Assembly (NCBI GenBank): GCA_016748015.1
Contig: JAAOMT010000630.1
Location: 124,001 to 188,000 of the forward strand
Length of the DNA stretch: 64,000 bases
From: Geosiphon pyriformis uo1
Lineage: Eukaryota; Fungi; Glomeromycota
Reading direction: 5' to 3'
Shown here: piece after piece, positions 25,851-37,900 of the stretch
Layout: each line of letters begins with the position of its first letter
Numbering within the stretch: position 1 is the stretch's first letter
Position numbers and translations under genes: made by a program
The notes under the pieces: generated by a model
The model's input: only the letters and a program-made list of their open reading frames with translations
The model's database searches: none
Told to the model about the DNA's origin: nothing

Positions 25851-28800
25851 TTGGTTATAACTCTCAATGGATTATTTGGATTTTGTTGATTCCAGTAATA
25901 AAGTATGTGGTTTTGAATAAAATAATGTTTTGATAATTTCTGGAACTTAATTAGATCATTTATCAGTGTGTTTTTATTTAGCTGTAGTGTTCTTAAGTAT
26001 TGGCTAAGATTTTTGTAAAGATAATTGTCCATTGTTTATGAATTGGTTGTTGTTTAATGGTTTTTATGTGTGTCTCATTTGTGACAAGCAGTCAGCATTG
26101 GTAATATTTTCAGTTTTAGGTATGTTACCATTAATATTTCCAAGATTTAAGTTTTTCAATATATTAAGGTAAGTTGGCTAAAAATTTGGATAGTTTGGGT
26201 AATTTGCATTTGTTTGTTGATTAGGTCCTATGCAATTAGGATTTTTAGTAATAATCACGTTTTGAACTAATACTGGCTGGCTTTGAAACTCTGGACACCA
26301 GTTTGGGTTTGGAATTACTGGTCTTTGCTGGTAAGTTCCTTAATTTTGATATGTAGTGGGGTATTGACATAGTATTGGCATGTATTAATTTCTGAGCATT
26401 TGGGGAGCACGTAATAATTATTTTCGTGTGCTTTTTACATCATTTATGTTCGACATTGGCCAATCAAATGTTCTACATGTTTGGCAAAAATGGCAGGCAC
26501 ATGTTCCTGTTCTAAAGTCCTGATGTGATGAGCAATTATTTTGGCTGCCACTGAATTCTTGGTTGCATCTTTGAGGTGTTTGGTATGTGTTATTTCTTTC
26601 TGAGTCCAAGATGAGATAACTTTCTATTTTCTTAGAAAGTTTTTTTCCTAATTGTATTACTCTCTTTTCTAATGTTTCTGTCTTGTTTTTTTCCATTACT
26701 ATGTTAACCATTTAACTATGTTTAGCTTCTTTCTTAGCCAATTCAAGGGCTTTGGCAAGTGTAACAGCTTCTAGTAAGGAATTAGGGTGGACAGGATGTA
26801 CTCTTTCTAAAATGCTGCTTTTTAATTCTCTAATAAATTGATTTAAAACCTGAGGATCTGTATAGTATCCTTGCTCAATTGCTTCAATCTGATGGCAAAT
26901 TCAATTGAATTGAGCAAGATATTGGGTAACAGTTTTACCTGTACCTTGTTTGATAGTATTGAATTTGTTCTGCAGTTGGATTACGGCATTTGGATTACTG
27001 AAATACTCTAAGAGTATGTCTTTAAATTGGGTGAAGCTTATGAGTTTTGTTTCCAAACTTTGATACCATGAGTCAGCAGTTCCTTTTAAAAAGAAAAGTA
27101 ATGTTTGAATTGCTCTTTGATCATTTCAGTTATTTGTCTGGATGGCTTTTTGTGCTTTTTTAAGCCACGTGTGCACGTCCATTTCTTTTTTCTCTCCTGA
27201 GAAATTTGTTAATTGCACAATGTACAGTGTGGCTATTTTATCATTGTTTTCTGCTGGTGGGTTTATTGGTCTAAGAGAAGATGAGATAATATTTCCTTAA
27301 GCATTCCTAAAGGTGGCTTCTCTTATATCCAGTTTTTTTTCTTGATCATGAGTTTCTTGGTTTCTAGACTGGCTGCTTGTTCCAGTAACCAGTCTTGTGC
27401 TTGTTTTTTCACTGGTTTCTTCAGATTCCAATTCAGACTTTTCTTTACAGTTTTCAAATCCCACTCCAAATTTTGGTTGAAAAAGGGGTTTTTGGAATAG
27501 CAATAAATATCTTTCTGTAATTGATATATTTCTCCAATTGCATTGTTTGAGCTTCTCAGTATAATTAGAAATTCTCAGTGTTTGTGGAGTTGATGTGGAT
27601 GATAATGCAGCTCCTAATAAGAGTTGGATTTTATTATCTGGGGAAAAATGGTAAGATTTTTTTTCTAGTGAATGAAGACATTGTTTTTTTACTGATTGCA
27701 CGATGTTTTTTTTAGGCATTTGGGCGAGTGTTCCTAATTTTTGCTGATTTTCTTTGTGATTAATTTTTGGATTGTAGATGTGTTCTCTGGTGTTCTTTGT
27801 AGATATTGGGTAATTTTTATTGATGTATTGCTCAATTTTGCAATGAATTTGAACAATTGTCATGGCTAATGCTGTTGTTTCTTTTGTAGTAAATTGAGAT
27901 AATTCTTTGTATAATTGATGTTTTGTGTCATTTGGTTCTTTTTCTTTTCTTATGTAATAATTTATTCTGGTGTTAATGTAATAGGTAAGAGCATTTTCAG
28001 TTGGACAACACTCTTTTGGTAATCCAAAATCACTTTAATGTTGTAAATAAAGGGCACAGCAGAATTCAATAATAGTGAGGTTAGAAGTTTTTGTTGCTAT
28101 TTTTGTTTCTTCTTTTTTAGCAATGAATTATTGCTAATTATTATTTTCTTTTTGATTTTTTTTCCTCCTAAGGTTCACCAAATATTACAGGGCTGTTTTT
28201 TTGGTATATTTTAATTGTTGATCTCCTGTTTTAATTGCAATCAGTCTCTTGTGAGTTCCTCTATTTTATGTGTTAGATATTAATAATAATATACTAAAGA
28301 TTTTTTCTTGATGTTGTAATGTAAGTCTTCTCTTTAATTCTAGTTGTCTTTGTATGTTGTGTACTTCTTCCCAGAGGCTAATCTGAAATCTATCTACTGT
28401 CTGGAGTCTTCTCTGAGACTATCCTTGCAATTGTCTGATGCGTTTCTCTAATCTAGAAACACGGAATGTTAATGGTCTTTTCGTGATTTCCCTAAGTATA
28501 TAATAAAGCTTTTTCAATTTAATTAGTAACCACATGAATAATTTTGATCAGGAATTATTCTTCCAAAGGGTTCAGAGATGGAATGATAGTTTTATTTGCT
28601 AGAAAGGGTATGTGAATTCTATTGTTAATTTTGTAATTGTGATGTTTATTCAATTTATTATTTTTTTATTAATTCTTTTTTTGAATAAAATTTTATTTAG
28701 ATATTTGTTGCTTTGAGTTGAAGCTGTTTTTTTTTCATCATTAAAAACTATTGTATATATATATAATTATTGTTTTACAAAATAATGTCTTGTAATACTC

Positions 28801-29001
28801 TATTTCCATTATTTCTAAATAGTGTTTGTTGCTTTTGCATGATAGTGCTTGCTGTTATTAAAAAATAGTGCTTGCTGCTATTGCACAATAGTGTTTGCTA
28901 TTATTTGTAAATCATTTCTTTTTATAAATTATTGCTGGGCTATTTCATGATTAGCTAATTTATATTATTTATAATTCCTATTAAATTCTTGAACTGTAAC
29001 A
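25851..29001 (-). mobile_element. Gypsy family C element: 5' LTR, gag, RNase H tail and integrase start; internally deleted and truncated by element A
   Basis: LTR at 28183-29001; PBS TT-TGGTGAACC; gag remnants ~26300-27950 with a CCHC-like CHFC knuckle; NADCLSQMR at ~26070-26100; integrase N-terminus MDNYLYKNLSQYL...HYFIQNHILY. Confidence 0.8.
28183..29001 (-). repeat. 5' LTR of family C element
   Basis: T(A/G)TTACAG...CTGTAACA 8-bp terminal inverted repeat; ATAGTGCTTGCT tandem units at ~28820-28905; adjacent TGG PBS. Only one copy is in the window. Confidence 0.75.
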
Positions 29002-32000
29002 ATGTCTTTTATAATGATAACATTTAATTGGTAATAGTCAACACAAAAACATAAGATTTTACCTTTTTTAGATACCACTACAATTGAGAAAGCCTATTTA
29101 TTTTTGGTTTTTTGTATAAATTCAAGATTTTTTATTCTGTTTATCTCTTTCTTAATAAACTTATTATTGTGTCAATTAGATTGATAAGACTTCAAATAGA
29201 TAAGGTGAGTTTCTCTGGTAGTGATAGTGTATTGTATTATATAAGTTTGTCCAGAGTTATTATTTTCTTTTAAAATAACTAGGCTATTTTTAGCCAACAG
29301 ATTTTCAATGTCTATTTTTTTTTCTTCAGAAGAGAGTTTTTTTTGTTCTATTACAAGTGATTGGATCTCAGATGGTTTATTTTCAAAAAACTTCTGTACT
29401 TTTCTTAATTTTTTTCTTAGTATTAAGCTAATGAGTTCCCAATCTTTGTAGTAGATTAGGCAGAATTTGCATTTATTACTAGAAAAATACAAGAATTTAT
29501 TATACTAATATCTGGCATAAGAACCATATTACCAATAATTGTATTTTGCTTTTTTGCCAGGTTTTTTATCAAAGATTCTTCTGAGAATATTATAGTAGGG
29601 CCAGCAGATCAGCTTGCCATTTACAATAATTTTTTTTTTGTTAGCTTTAATATTGTCTAGTGATTTGCCATTGCTGGTGAAAATAGCATAGACGAGTTTA
29701 GCAGTTTCTTTTTGTTCTTCTTGATTTTTTTCTTTATTGGTCACTTTATTATCTAATTTATCTGATTGCTTATCTTCTTGATTCTGTTTGGGTACTAAAG
29801 GAGTTGTTTAATAATAGTATTTAACCACAATAGGCTTCTCATCACATCTGATGATTAGCTCACAAAGTTTATAATCAAGTAGTGCTTTGGCTTTCTTAAG
29901 CCACTTATTGCCAACAATTATAGTATATTCTTTTGCTTTAGATACTTTTATGTTAATTTTAATACTAATGCCATTAATATAAACAGAAACAACTTTGGCT
30001 ATGTCCAGGCTTTTCTTCTTGTTACCATGTATATTGGTCATAGATTAGATAGAAGGTTCATTAATTTTTCTTCCAATGGCTTTCAAATAATGTTTAATAT
30101 TAACACTAACAGATAATACATTATCTAAAATCAAGTCAATAAAATAGCCAGCCACTTGGGCTTTGCAAATAAAAAGGGTAACATTGCTGTTGTCAACAAG
30201 TTCAGCTTAACAAAAATGCTTGTTGGTTTTTGGTGTCTTTTTATTGAAATCAAAAATTTGCAAAAGTTTTTTCTAAAATATAGATGAGTCATTAATTGGC
30301 CAAATATAATATAAGCTGGAGTTTTTATGAGATCTTTGACAATGAAATAGGAACCAGATTTTTGTACTATTTTTGGGGGTTCTAACTTTGAAGAATTCTT
30401 AAAAACTTTAGTTTTTGGTGGTTTATTGTTATCAACAGTTAATGTAGATGCTTTGTTTGGGTCTAGAACGAAATTAACTTTGGCTTTTTTCTTCTTTTTT
30501 GTTAATTTAGAAATATTAATTGCTAATTCATCCATGTCATGGTTATTATTAGTTAGATTAAAAGCATAAAAGGGATTTTTTTTAGTTGGCTTGTACTCTC
30601 ACTCTTTGGAGATGTGTCTACCAGTTTAAAAATTGATAAACAATGGCTTCAATTAAGAGATTCTTTTTATAGAAATTGATGATAACATGATTGAGTCTTT
30701 GATTGAAGACATTATTGTTATTAGTTCTGTTGTTCTGATTATTATTATTTCTAGGAGCTAAAGAAAACAGAGGAAGATTGTTGCAATTTCTGAAAAAATG
30801 TTCAGTTAATTCACAGTGATAACACACAAGTGGGCTATGATTTTGTTGTTTTTGATAAAGAGATTGTTGAAGCTGATTAAAACAGAATTCAAATCTGGAT
30901 TTTTGGAATTGTTGGTTGTCTTTAACTACTTGGGCTAATGGTTCTAATAGTCAAACAAGATTTGCTGTGAATTTATTTATTAACTGTTCATTTGGGTCTT
31001 GAATTTGGGCAGCAAAAGAGATAGCAGCCATTTGGAAAGCAGAAGCCATAACAGAAACAGAAGCAAAAACTAAAAGTGTGAATTTTAGATGCATTTTTTG
31101 ATTGTTTTTTATTCTCTGGGCAAGTTCAATGGCCATATTTATTGTGAAATTGTTTTTTAGGGCCAAGAAGTGTCAAAGAACATATGAGAGATTAGTTCTT
31201 AATTTTTTTGCAAAGTAAATTTTCTGTTTTTCTGTTCAGTTTCTTCTAAAGTCTACCTGTTTAATGTTTGATTGGTTTTTTGATTGCTTTGGCATATTCA
31301 GTCACAACTTTACCAGGACTTTGAATTTTTTTTTCTAATTTCATACACCATTTTGAGATTAAAATGAAAGTTCTAAATTTAGTTTCAAATTGGGTTGTGA
31401 AAGAGATGTTTTCTTTTTTAGCATTTGTTAATATCTATCTAATAATTCTTTGGTGAGCATTAGCATTGGTTTTTTGTAAAAACCAAGTAGCAAAAGAGTC
31501 TTGGAGATAGCCACCAACAATTTGGAACTTATATTTATTATCATATTGGTTGACTGTGGCAGCTTTTTCAAAGTCATCCAATCATTCAATTAGATTTTGT
31601 GCATTATCTCTGAATAATAGTAATAGAGTGTTGTTTTTTCGCTTTAAAGCAATTTATATATCTTAGAGAATAGCCAAAATGTTTTGTTGCATAAGGTCAT
31701 TAGCCATTGATTCAGGAGTAACTGTTTGTGTGGAGTGTTTTGATTTATTTAAAAAGAGATTAAAAACAAAGGTGGTTTAATAGCTTTCTTTTTCTGTTTT
31801 AAAAGGGGTTTTAGCTAACTAGTAGACAGCAATTCAGATGTAAATTTGGTGATTAAGATATTCGAAATCAAGAGACTGTTGTTTAAAGGTTGTGAAATAT
31901 AAAAGCTGATTAATGCTGTTGTTTTTTTCTTTAAAGTTGTCTTCAAGATAAGCTTGATTAAAGTAATAGATTGTATAGGCTGTGTAAGTTTCAGCTAAAT

Positions 32001-32923
32001 GTTCATTCAGAAACTAGTTTTAAAAGTCTTGGAATTGTCTATTAGATTGTTTTTCAATGGAAAAGCAAATTAAGCAGAAGAGCAAAAAAATGAGTTTAAT
32101 AAAGTCTAAATTATTTTTGTTATGTGCTTTAAAGTGTTTTTTCAATTGTTGTGGCAGATATAAATAATTACCCATACAATAAAAAACAAAGTGGATTTTG
32201 ACAACTTCACAGAAAACATCATTTTTATGTTATGAATTAAAGTAATAGGCTAATAAATAGCAAGAGAGAACAAAATTGTAGAGTGATAAAAATAATTAAA
32301 GAGAAAATTACAATAAGAAAGCAAATTAAATGAGTAAAAATTCAATATGTGTAATTAATCTCATAAAAATTACAGTCACAAATCTTTTCTGGAAATCTGA
32401 AGATAGAGAAATAGTCTGTAATTATTAATAAAATATACTGCTATTATTCTATGCCTTAACTCAGTAATTCTTAGAATCAATAACAAATATTATTGTGTTT
32501 TTCAATCATTTTTTTATTCAATGAATTACAAGAACAAGCAATTGTTTCTCAGACTAATTTTAACAATACAAATTAAAAAGAGAAAAAAATAAAGTATGTG
32601 AATACCAACAAGTAATTTTTTATCTCAAAATATTCAGATATTTGAAAATAGAGAAAAAAAAATAAACAATATGAGAGAAAATAATTAATAGTGGGTTTTA
32701 TTTTATTACTTTGATTTTTTCTTTCTATAGCTAAGAGACTTATTGTTTATATAATTATTAAAAATAATCAATGACCAAATTAACAACTAGATTAATGATC
32801 AAATCAATAGTTAAGTTATTGATTAGGTCAATAATTACTATCTAAAATAGGGTGGCTAATTATATAACATTAATAGCTAATACATATAATAACTAATAAA
32901 AAGTATGAGTTTTAACCATAACA
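29002..32923 (-). mobile_element. Gypsy family B, copy 2: 5' LTR (32228-32923), gag, protease and RT start; interrupted by element C
   Basis: Colinear homolog of ~37650-41562; knuckle CYHCELTEHFFRNC; IIVGNKWL; RT breaks after FCVDYYQLNVII. Confidence 0.9.
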
Positions 32924-33811
32924 ATATTTTATAAATATTTATTGATATTAGTTTTTGTTACATAAACTATATCTTTTTTAATAAGAATAAACTATTTAAA
33001 AGCCAAAAAATTAGTCTAATTTTGCTTATTTAATTTTATAATTGTATTTTATTACAGTTTTATTAATTATATTTTAATTAACTTAATAAAACCAAAATTA
33101 ATAAATGCAGTTTTCATAGTTTTTACAGATGTTTTTACAAAAATTTTTTTTAAGATCACAGTTTAATTCATCTTATTGTTTACTAAATATTTAAGATTAA
33201 TGTTTATTACAATAATTTTATTATTTGCCAAATTTACTATAGTCATTATTGTTTTTCCAGAAATAAAAAACACATTAATTATTTTATCAAATTTTAAGAA
33301 AGTAAAAATCATTTCAAAATCCTTTATTTAAAAAAAAAATTTTTAATAGTCAATAGTTTTTTTTGAGCCAATTTTTTAAACATAGCAAAAAAATCTATGT
33401 TTAAGATAATAAATTTACAGACTGAAATATTTACTAAAACTTTAAAAAAAATAAAATAAAAATAAAAAATTATTCAAAATAAGAATAATATTATTAATAA
33501 TCTTAAAGTCAATCTACTTAAGAAGTTTACCAAATATACACTTTATAATAATTTTTTTTGGCTTTTTAAAAGTTATGTTTATGTTTTTGTACTTTGATTT
33601 TTTTATTACTACCAATCTAAAAACTGGTTTTTTCTACAAAAAACTCTTTATTTATGTTTATATTCTTTATATTAATAGTATTATTAGTATTTAATTTAAG
33701 TATTTTAATAAATTCAAGTGTGTCTTAAGAAATATTTATGTTAATACTAACAACAAATTTCTTTAAAATGTCTCTTTTACATCTTTTTTTAGTAAAAAAA
33801 TCTGAGACTAT
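32924..33811. other. AT-eroded TE relic, possibly LINE-derived, that received family B insertions
   Basis: Very low GC. The TSD of 33812-41562 joins it to 41563-42180, whose end resembles a LINE 3' UTR. Confidence 0.35.
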
Positions 33812-34539
33812 TGTTATGGGTTGAAACAACAAGCTAATAGATAGCAAGGGAGAACAGGATTGTAAGATGATGAAAAGAATTAAAGAAAATTCAACTTCAA
33901 AGAGTAAATTAAATAAGTATAGATTCAATGTGTGAGATTAATCTTATAAAATATCTCAGTTGCTATACTTTTCAAAAGATAACCAGAGAATCTGAAGGTA
34001 AAAAAATAGTCTGTATTGTTAACAAATGATCACACATTAGTATAATTCTATGCCTCATGTCAATGCTCTTAGAATTCAATATCAGATATCAAATGTATTC
34101 TTCAGTCACGTTTTATTTAATAATTTTCAAATGCTGTAATTACACATTTCAGGAAAAGAGTAAATAATCTTTTATCCCAAAATGTTCAGATACTTGAAGG
34201 TAGAAAAAGGGAATTTAGTAATAAGAGAATAATTAAAATAAAGATTGTTATTTTATTTCTTTGATTTTTACATGTTTTTTTACAGCTAAAAGATTTATTA
34301 CTTATATAGCTATCAAAAATAGTCAATGATCAGGTCAACAACTAAGTTAATAATTAGATCAATGATCAGATCAATAATTAAGTCATTGATCAAGTTAATG
34401 ATCAGGTCAATGATTAGGTTAATAGTCAGATTATTGATCAAATCAATAATTATTATCTAAAAATAAGGTGGCTAATTATATAACATTAATGGCTAATACA
34501 TGTGATAATTAATAAGAAGTATAGGTTTCAATTATAACA
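33812..34539 (-). repeat. 3' LTR, family B
   Basis: TGTTAT...ATAACA; about ten tandem 12-bp AATGATCAGGTC units at ~34322-34452. Confidence 0.92.
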
Positions 34540-34544
34540 TTATT

Positions 34545-35261
34545 CTCTTCAAAGAGATTGAGCTTTGGCAAAATTAAGCTATTTATAATATAATCTATTT
34601 GAAGAGTTTTATCTAACTCAAAGCTAACTAGTTTGTTGAAGTTTTTTGTGGATAGAGTATATAATACTTAAGGTAAAATGAGTTTTGTATCCAAAAGACC
34701 AAATCTTTGTATTAGGGTTTTGGCTTTTTTAGCAATAGTTAAAACTCTTGGAACATCTAATTGTATAATGCCCAAAATTTCTGCCTGTATCTCTGAAGTT
34801 GTTTTCTTCATGAGTTTTATATTCTCTATAATTTCTCCAAAGTAACCATAAAGTTTTAATTGTCTTCCATATGACAAGTTTTTGTCTATGGGCAATATTT
34901 CTTAGATTGTTTTTCCAATTGTGCTAGAAAGTGAGAGTATAACTGTTGTTATACTTTTTAACAAATATTTATCCATTTTGCTACCAATTTTTTCTCTTTT
35001 GGTAGTAGTTTTCTTTGGTCTAATAACAGTATGTGTTCCACTGTTATCAGTTATGGTGGTTTGTTTTCCAATAGTCAGAGTAGCATTTGGATAGTTTTTG
35101 ATCCAATACTTATAGAGAATATAGAAAGCATTTTGAATGTTTTGATTCAGAAAATAATTGTTTATGTCGATTGAAGATACATCTGTTTTGGGAATAGTGC
35201 ATTTATTTATACTTGATTTTTGCTGATTATTTGGATCAGTATTACCACAACAGACAATCAA
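34545..35261 (-). pseudogene. Extra sense ORF (~235 codons) between integrase and PPT in family B
   Basis: ORFs 34902-35261 and 34668-34895 are in one frame, separated by a stop, and the frame continues to the PPT. Confidence 0.6.
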
Positions 35262-35299
35262 TCAGGTCGTTTATAATATTTTTTGAGTCATGTATTATA

Positions 35300-36500
35300 A
35301 ACAAGATGATTATTGAAGATTGTTCTGGATTGATCTTGAAGAATATAAAAACTATTGTCAAAACTTTGTTGACTATAAAGAGTTCTTTTCACTGGCTAGA
35401 AAATTTATTACCATAGATATTGTTTCTGTCTGAATGGTATTCCAATATCAAGTCACTAATACTTAAAGAAAATGTTTTATAGATTTTTTTTCTTTTAAGC
35501 TTTTTTTGGAACTGTTTTATCTTTTCAAAAGCAATTATTTGTGCTTTTACCAAGGAGTCAAGAATGGTACCAAGTTTTCTTTGCAAAATGTTCTTGTAAT
35601 TTCCTATTGTGATTTTTTCAAAGGGTATTGTCTCAATATCAGTTTCTATTGGTAGTGTTGTCATGCATTCATAAAGTAGATAAAAAGATTCATAACTTGT
35701 TATGTTATAATTCACAGTTTTATAAGCAAACAAAGCTGAAGACAGTACTTTGTCTTATAAGTTTGTTTTTTTACTGGTTTTGGCTAAGATTTCACATAAT
35801 GTTCTATTAAAATGTTTTACTAAACCATTTGTTTAGGGGTGATAAGGAGAGGAAAGTTAGTAACATATTTCCATTTTTCTGCAAAGTTCTTTAACCAGTG
35901 TACTAAGAAAAGCTTTTCCTCTATTAGATAAAAGTTCTTTGGGGCAACCATGATGGCAGATAATATTTTCATAAATGAAATTGGCTATTAAGACTACTGT
36001 TTAGTCTGAAGTGGCTCTTGCTTCTATCCACTTTGTAAGATAGTTAGTAATAGTAATAATGTATCTGTTGCTATTAGAAGTTATTGTTAAAAGTCTAACA
36101 ACATTTATACCAATTCTGTCAAATGGTTGACCAACAGAGATTGGATAGATATCTTCTTTGCAATTGGGTTTACTTCTTCTTTGGTAAATGTTACAAGTTT
36201 TAATGTATTCAGCAATGTTTTTTCCCAAAGTAGGCCAATAATAGTGAGCTAAAGTTTTCTGAATTGTTTTTGTTTTTCCAAAGTGTCTAGCTAATGAGTC
36301 AGTATGTATGTTGTATATTACAATTTCTCTTTTTTCAAATCTGATGACTCTTTGGGGGTGGTCAGAATTTTTTCTGTTTCTTTTATATAATTGGTTCTAA
36401 CAGATCAAATAGAAATTTAATTATTTGTGCAAATGTTCTCTTTGCTATTAAGTGTATTCTGGTGGGTATTGTCCTTTACCCAAAAATTCCATTAAGGCAG
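35300..36500 (-). pseudogene. Gypsy integrase, family B
   Basis: GQPFDRIGIN, NYLTKWIEA, ICHHGCPKELLSNRG, PYHP*TNGLV, AYKTV. Confidence 0.88.
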
Positions 36501-36599
36501 AGTAGTTGACCAAATTTATTATTGTGTTTGTTTGTAAAGAAGTTACTAATAATTAAGTTAGTTTGGTTTGAAAAGCTTGTACTGTTACTGGATGATAAG

Positions 36600-37900
36600 T
36601 CTAAAGAGAGTGTTAGTGTTTTGATAATTTGTTCTTTTGTAGTGTTGAATATCATAATTAAATTTATCCAAATAGAGTATCCAATAAGTTATTCATTTGT
36701 GTTCTAGCTTTTTTTTATTGTACAGCCAAACTAAGACTTGATGATCTATTATCACTAAGAATTTTACACCAAAAAGATATTGATCCCAGTAACTAGTAGC
36801 CCAAACTACTGCTAAATATTCTTGTTCAGTAATTGAATAGTTCTTTTTTGCTGGTATGAGGGATCTACTGGCATATGCTATAGTATGTTTTCTGCTATTT
36901 TCATTTTTCTATAAAAAGACAATACCAAGTTTATAGCCAGATGTATTAGTGTAGAGAATAAAAGATTGGTTCAAATCAAGTTGTTTGAGAATTGGTTTAG
37001 TAACAAGTTTTTCCTTCAAAATTTCAAAAGCTTTTTTTTGATAAGTGTCCCAGTGATAATTGACATTTTTCCTGAGTAGCAGATTAAGAGAAAAGATGAT
37101 TTTGGAGAAATTTTTAATAAATTTGTGATAGTAAGAAGCCAAACCAAGGAAAGAACATAGTTCAGGAACATTTATTAATTGTCTAATGTTTTAAACTTTT
37201 TCAACTTTAGTTGAGTCAGGAAAAATTCTATTTCTTGTAATAAGATAACCAAAAAACTGAGTGGATTAACATCTAAAGAAAGATTTAATTGGGTTAATCT
37301 TAAGGCCAGCATTTCTAAGCAAGTTAAAAACCTTCTGCAAATGTTTAAGATATTCATTCCAGGTTTTTGAATAGACCATTATGTTGTCTAAATAGACCAA
37401 AACAAAGTTTTCTTTTACTGATTCAAATATTTTGTCCATTAAGCATTGAAAGGTGGAAGGGGCATTGATGAGACTAAAAGACATGACTGTAAATTTATAA
37501 GTGCCATACTTGGTGATAAAGACAGTTTTCTTTCTGCTTTTTGAATTTATCTTTATTTGCCAAAATTCAGTAATTAAGTCAATGGTTGAAAAGAAAACAG
37601 TACCATTGAATTTATTTAGCATTGCATTAATTTTAGAGAGTAGGTACATGTTTCTTATAGTGATGGCATTTAATTGGTAGTAATCAACACAAAAGTGTAG
37701 GGTTCTACTTTTCTTAGATATCATTACAATTGAGAAAGCCCATTTATTCTTGGTTTTTTGTATGAATTCAAGATCTTTTATCTGGTTTATTTCTTTTTTG
37801 ATGAACTTATGATTGTGTCAATTAAATTAATAAGACTTTAAATAGATAAGATGAATTTCTTTTGTAATGATGGTGTGTTGTATCACATGAGTTCATCCAG
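36600..37900 (-). pseudogene. Gypsy RT and RNase H, family B
   Basis: ORFs 37266-37724 and 36909-37142; IAYASRSL and EYLAVVWA motifs. Confidence 0.88.
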
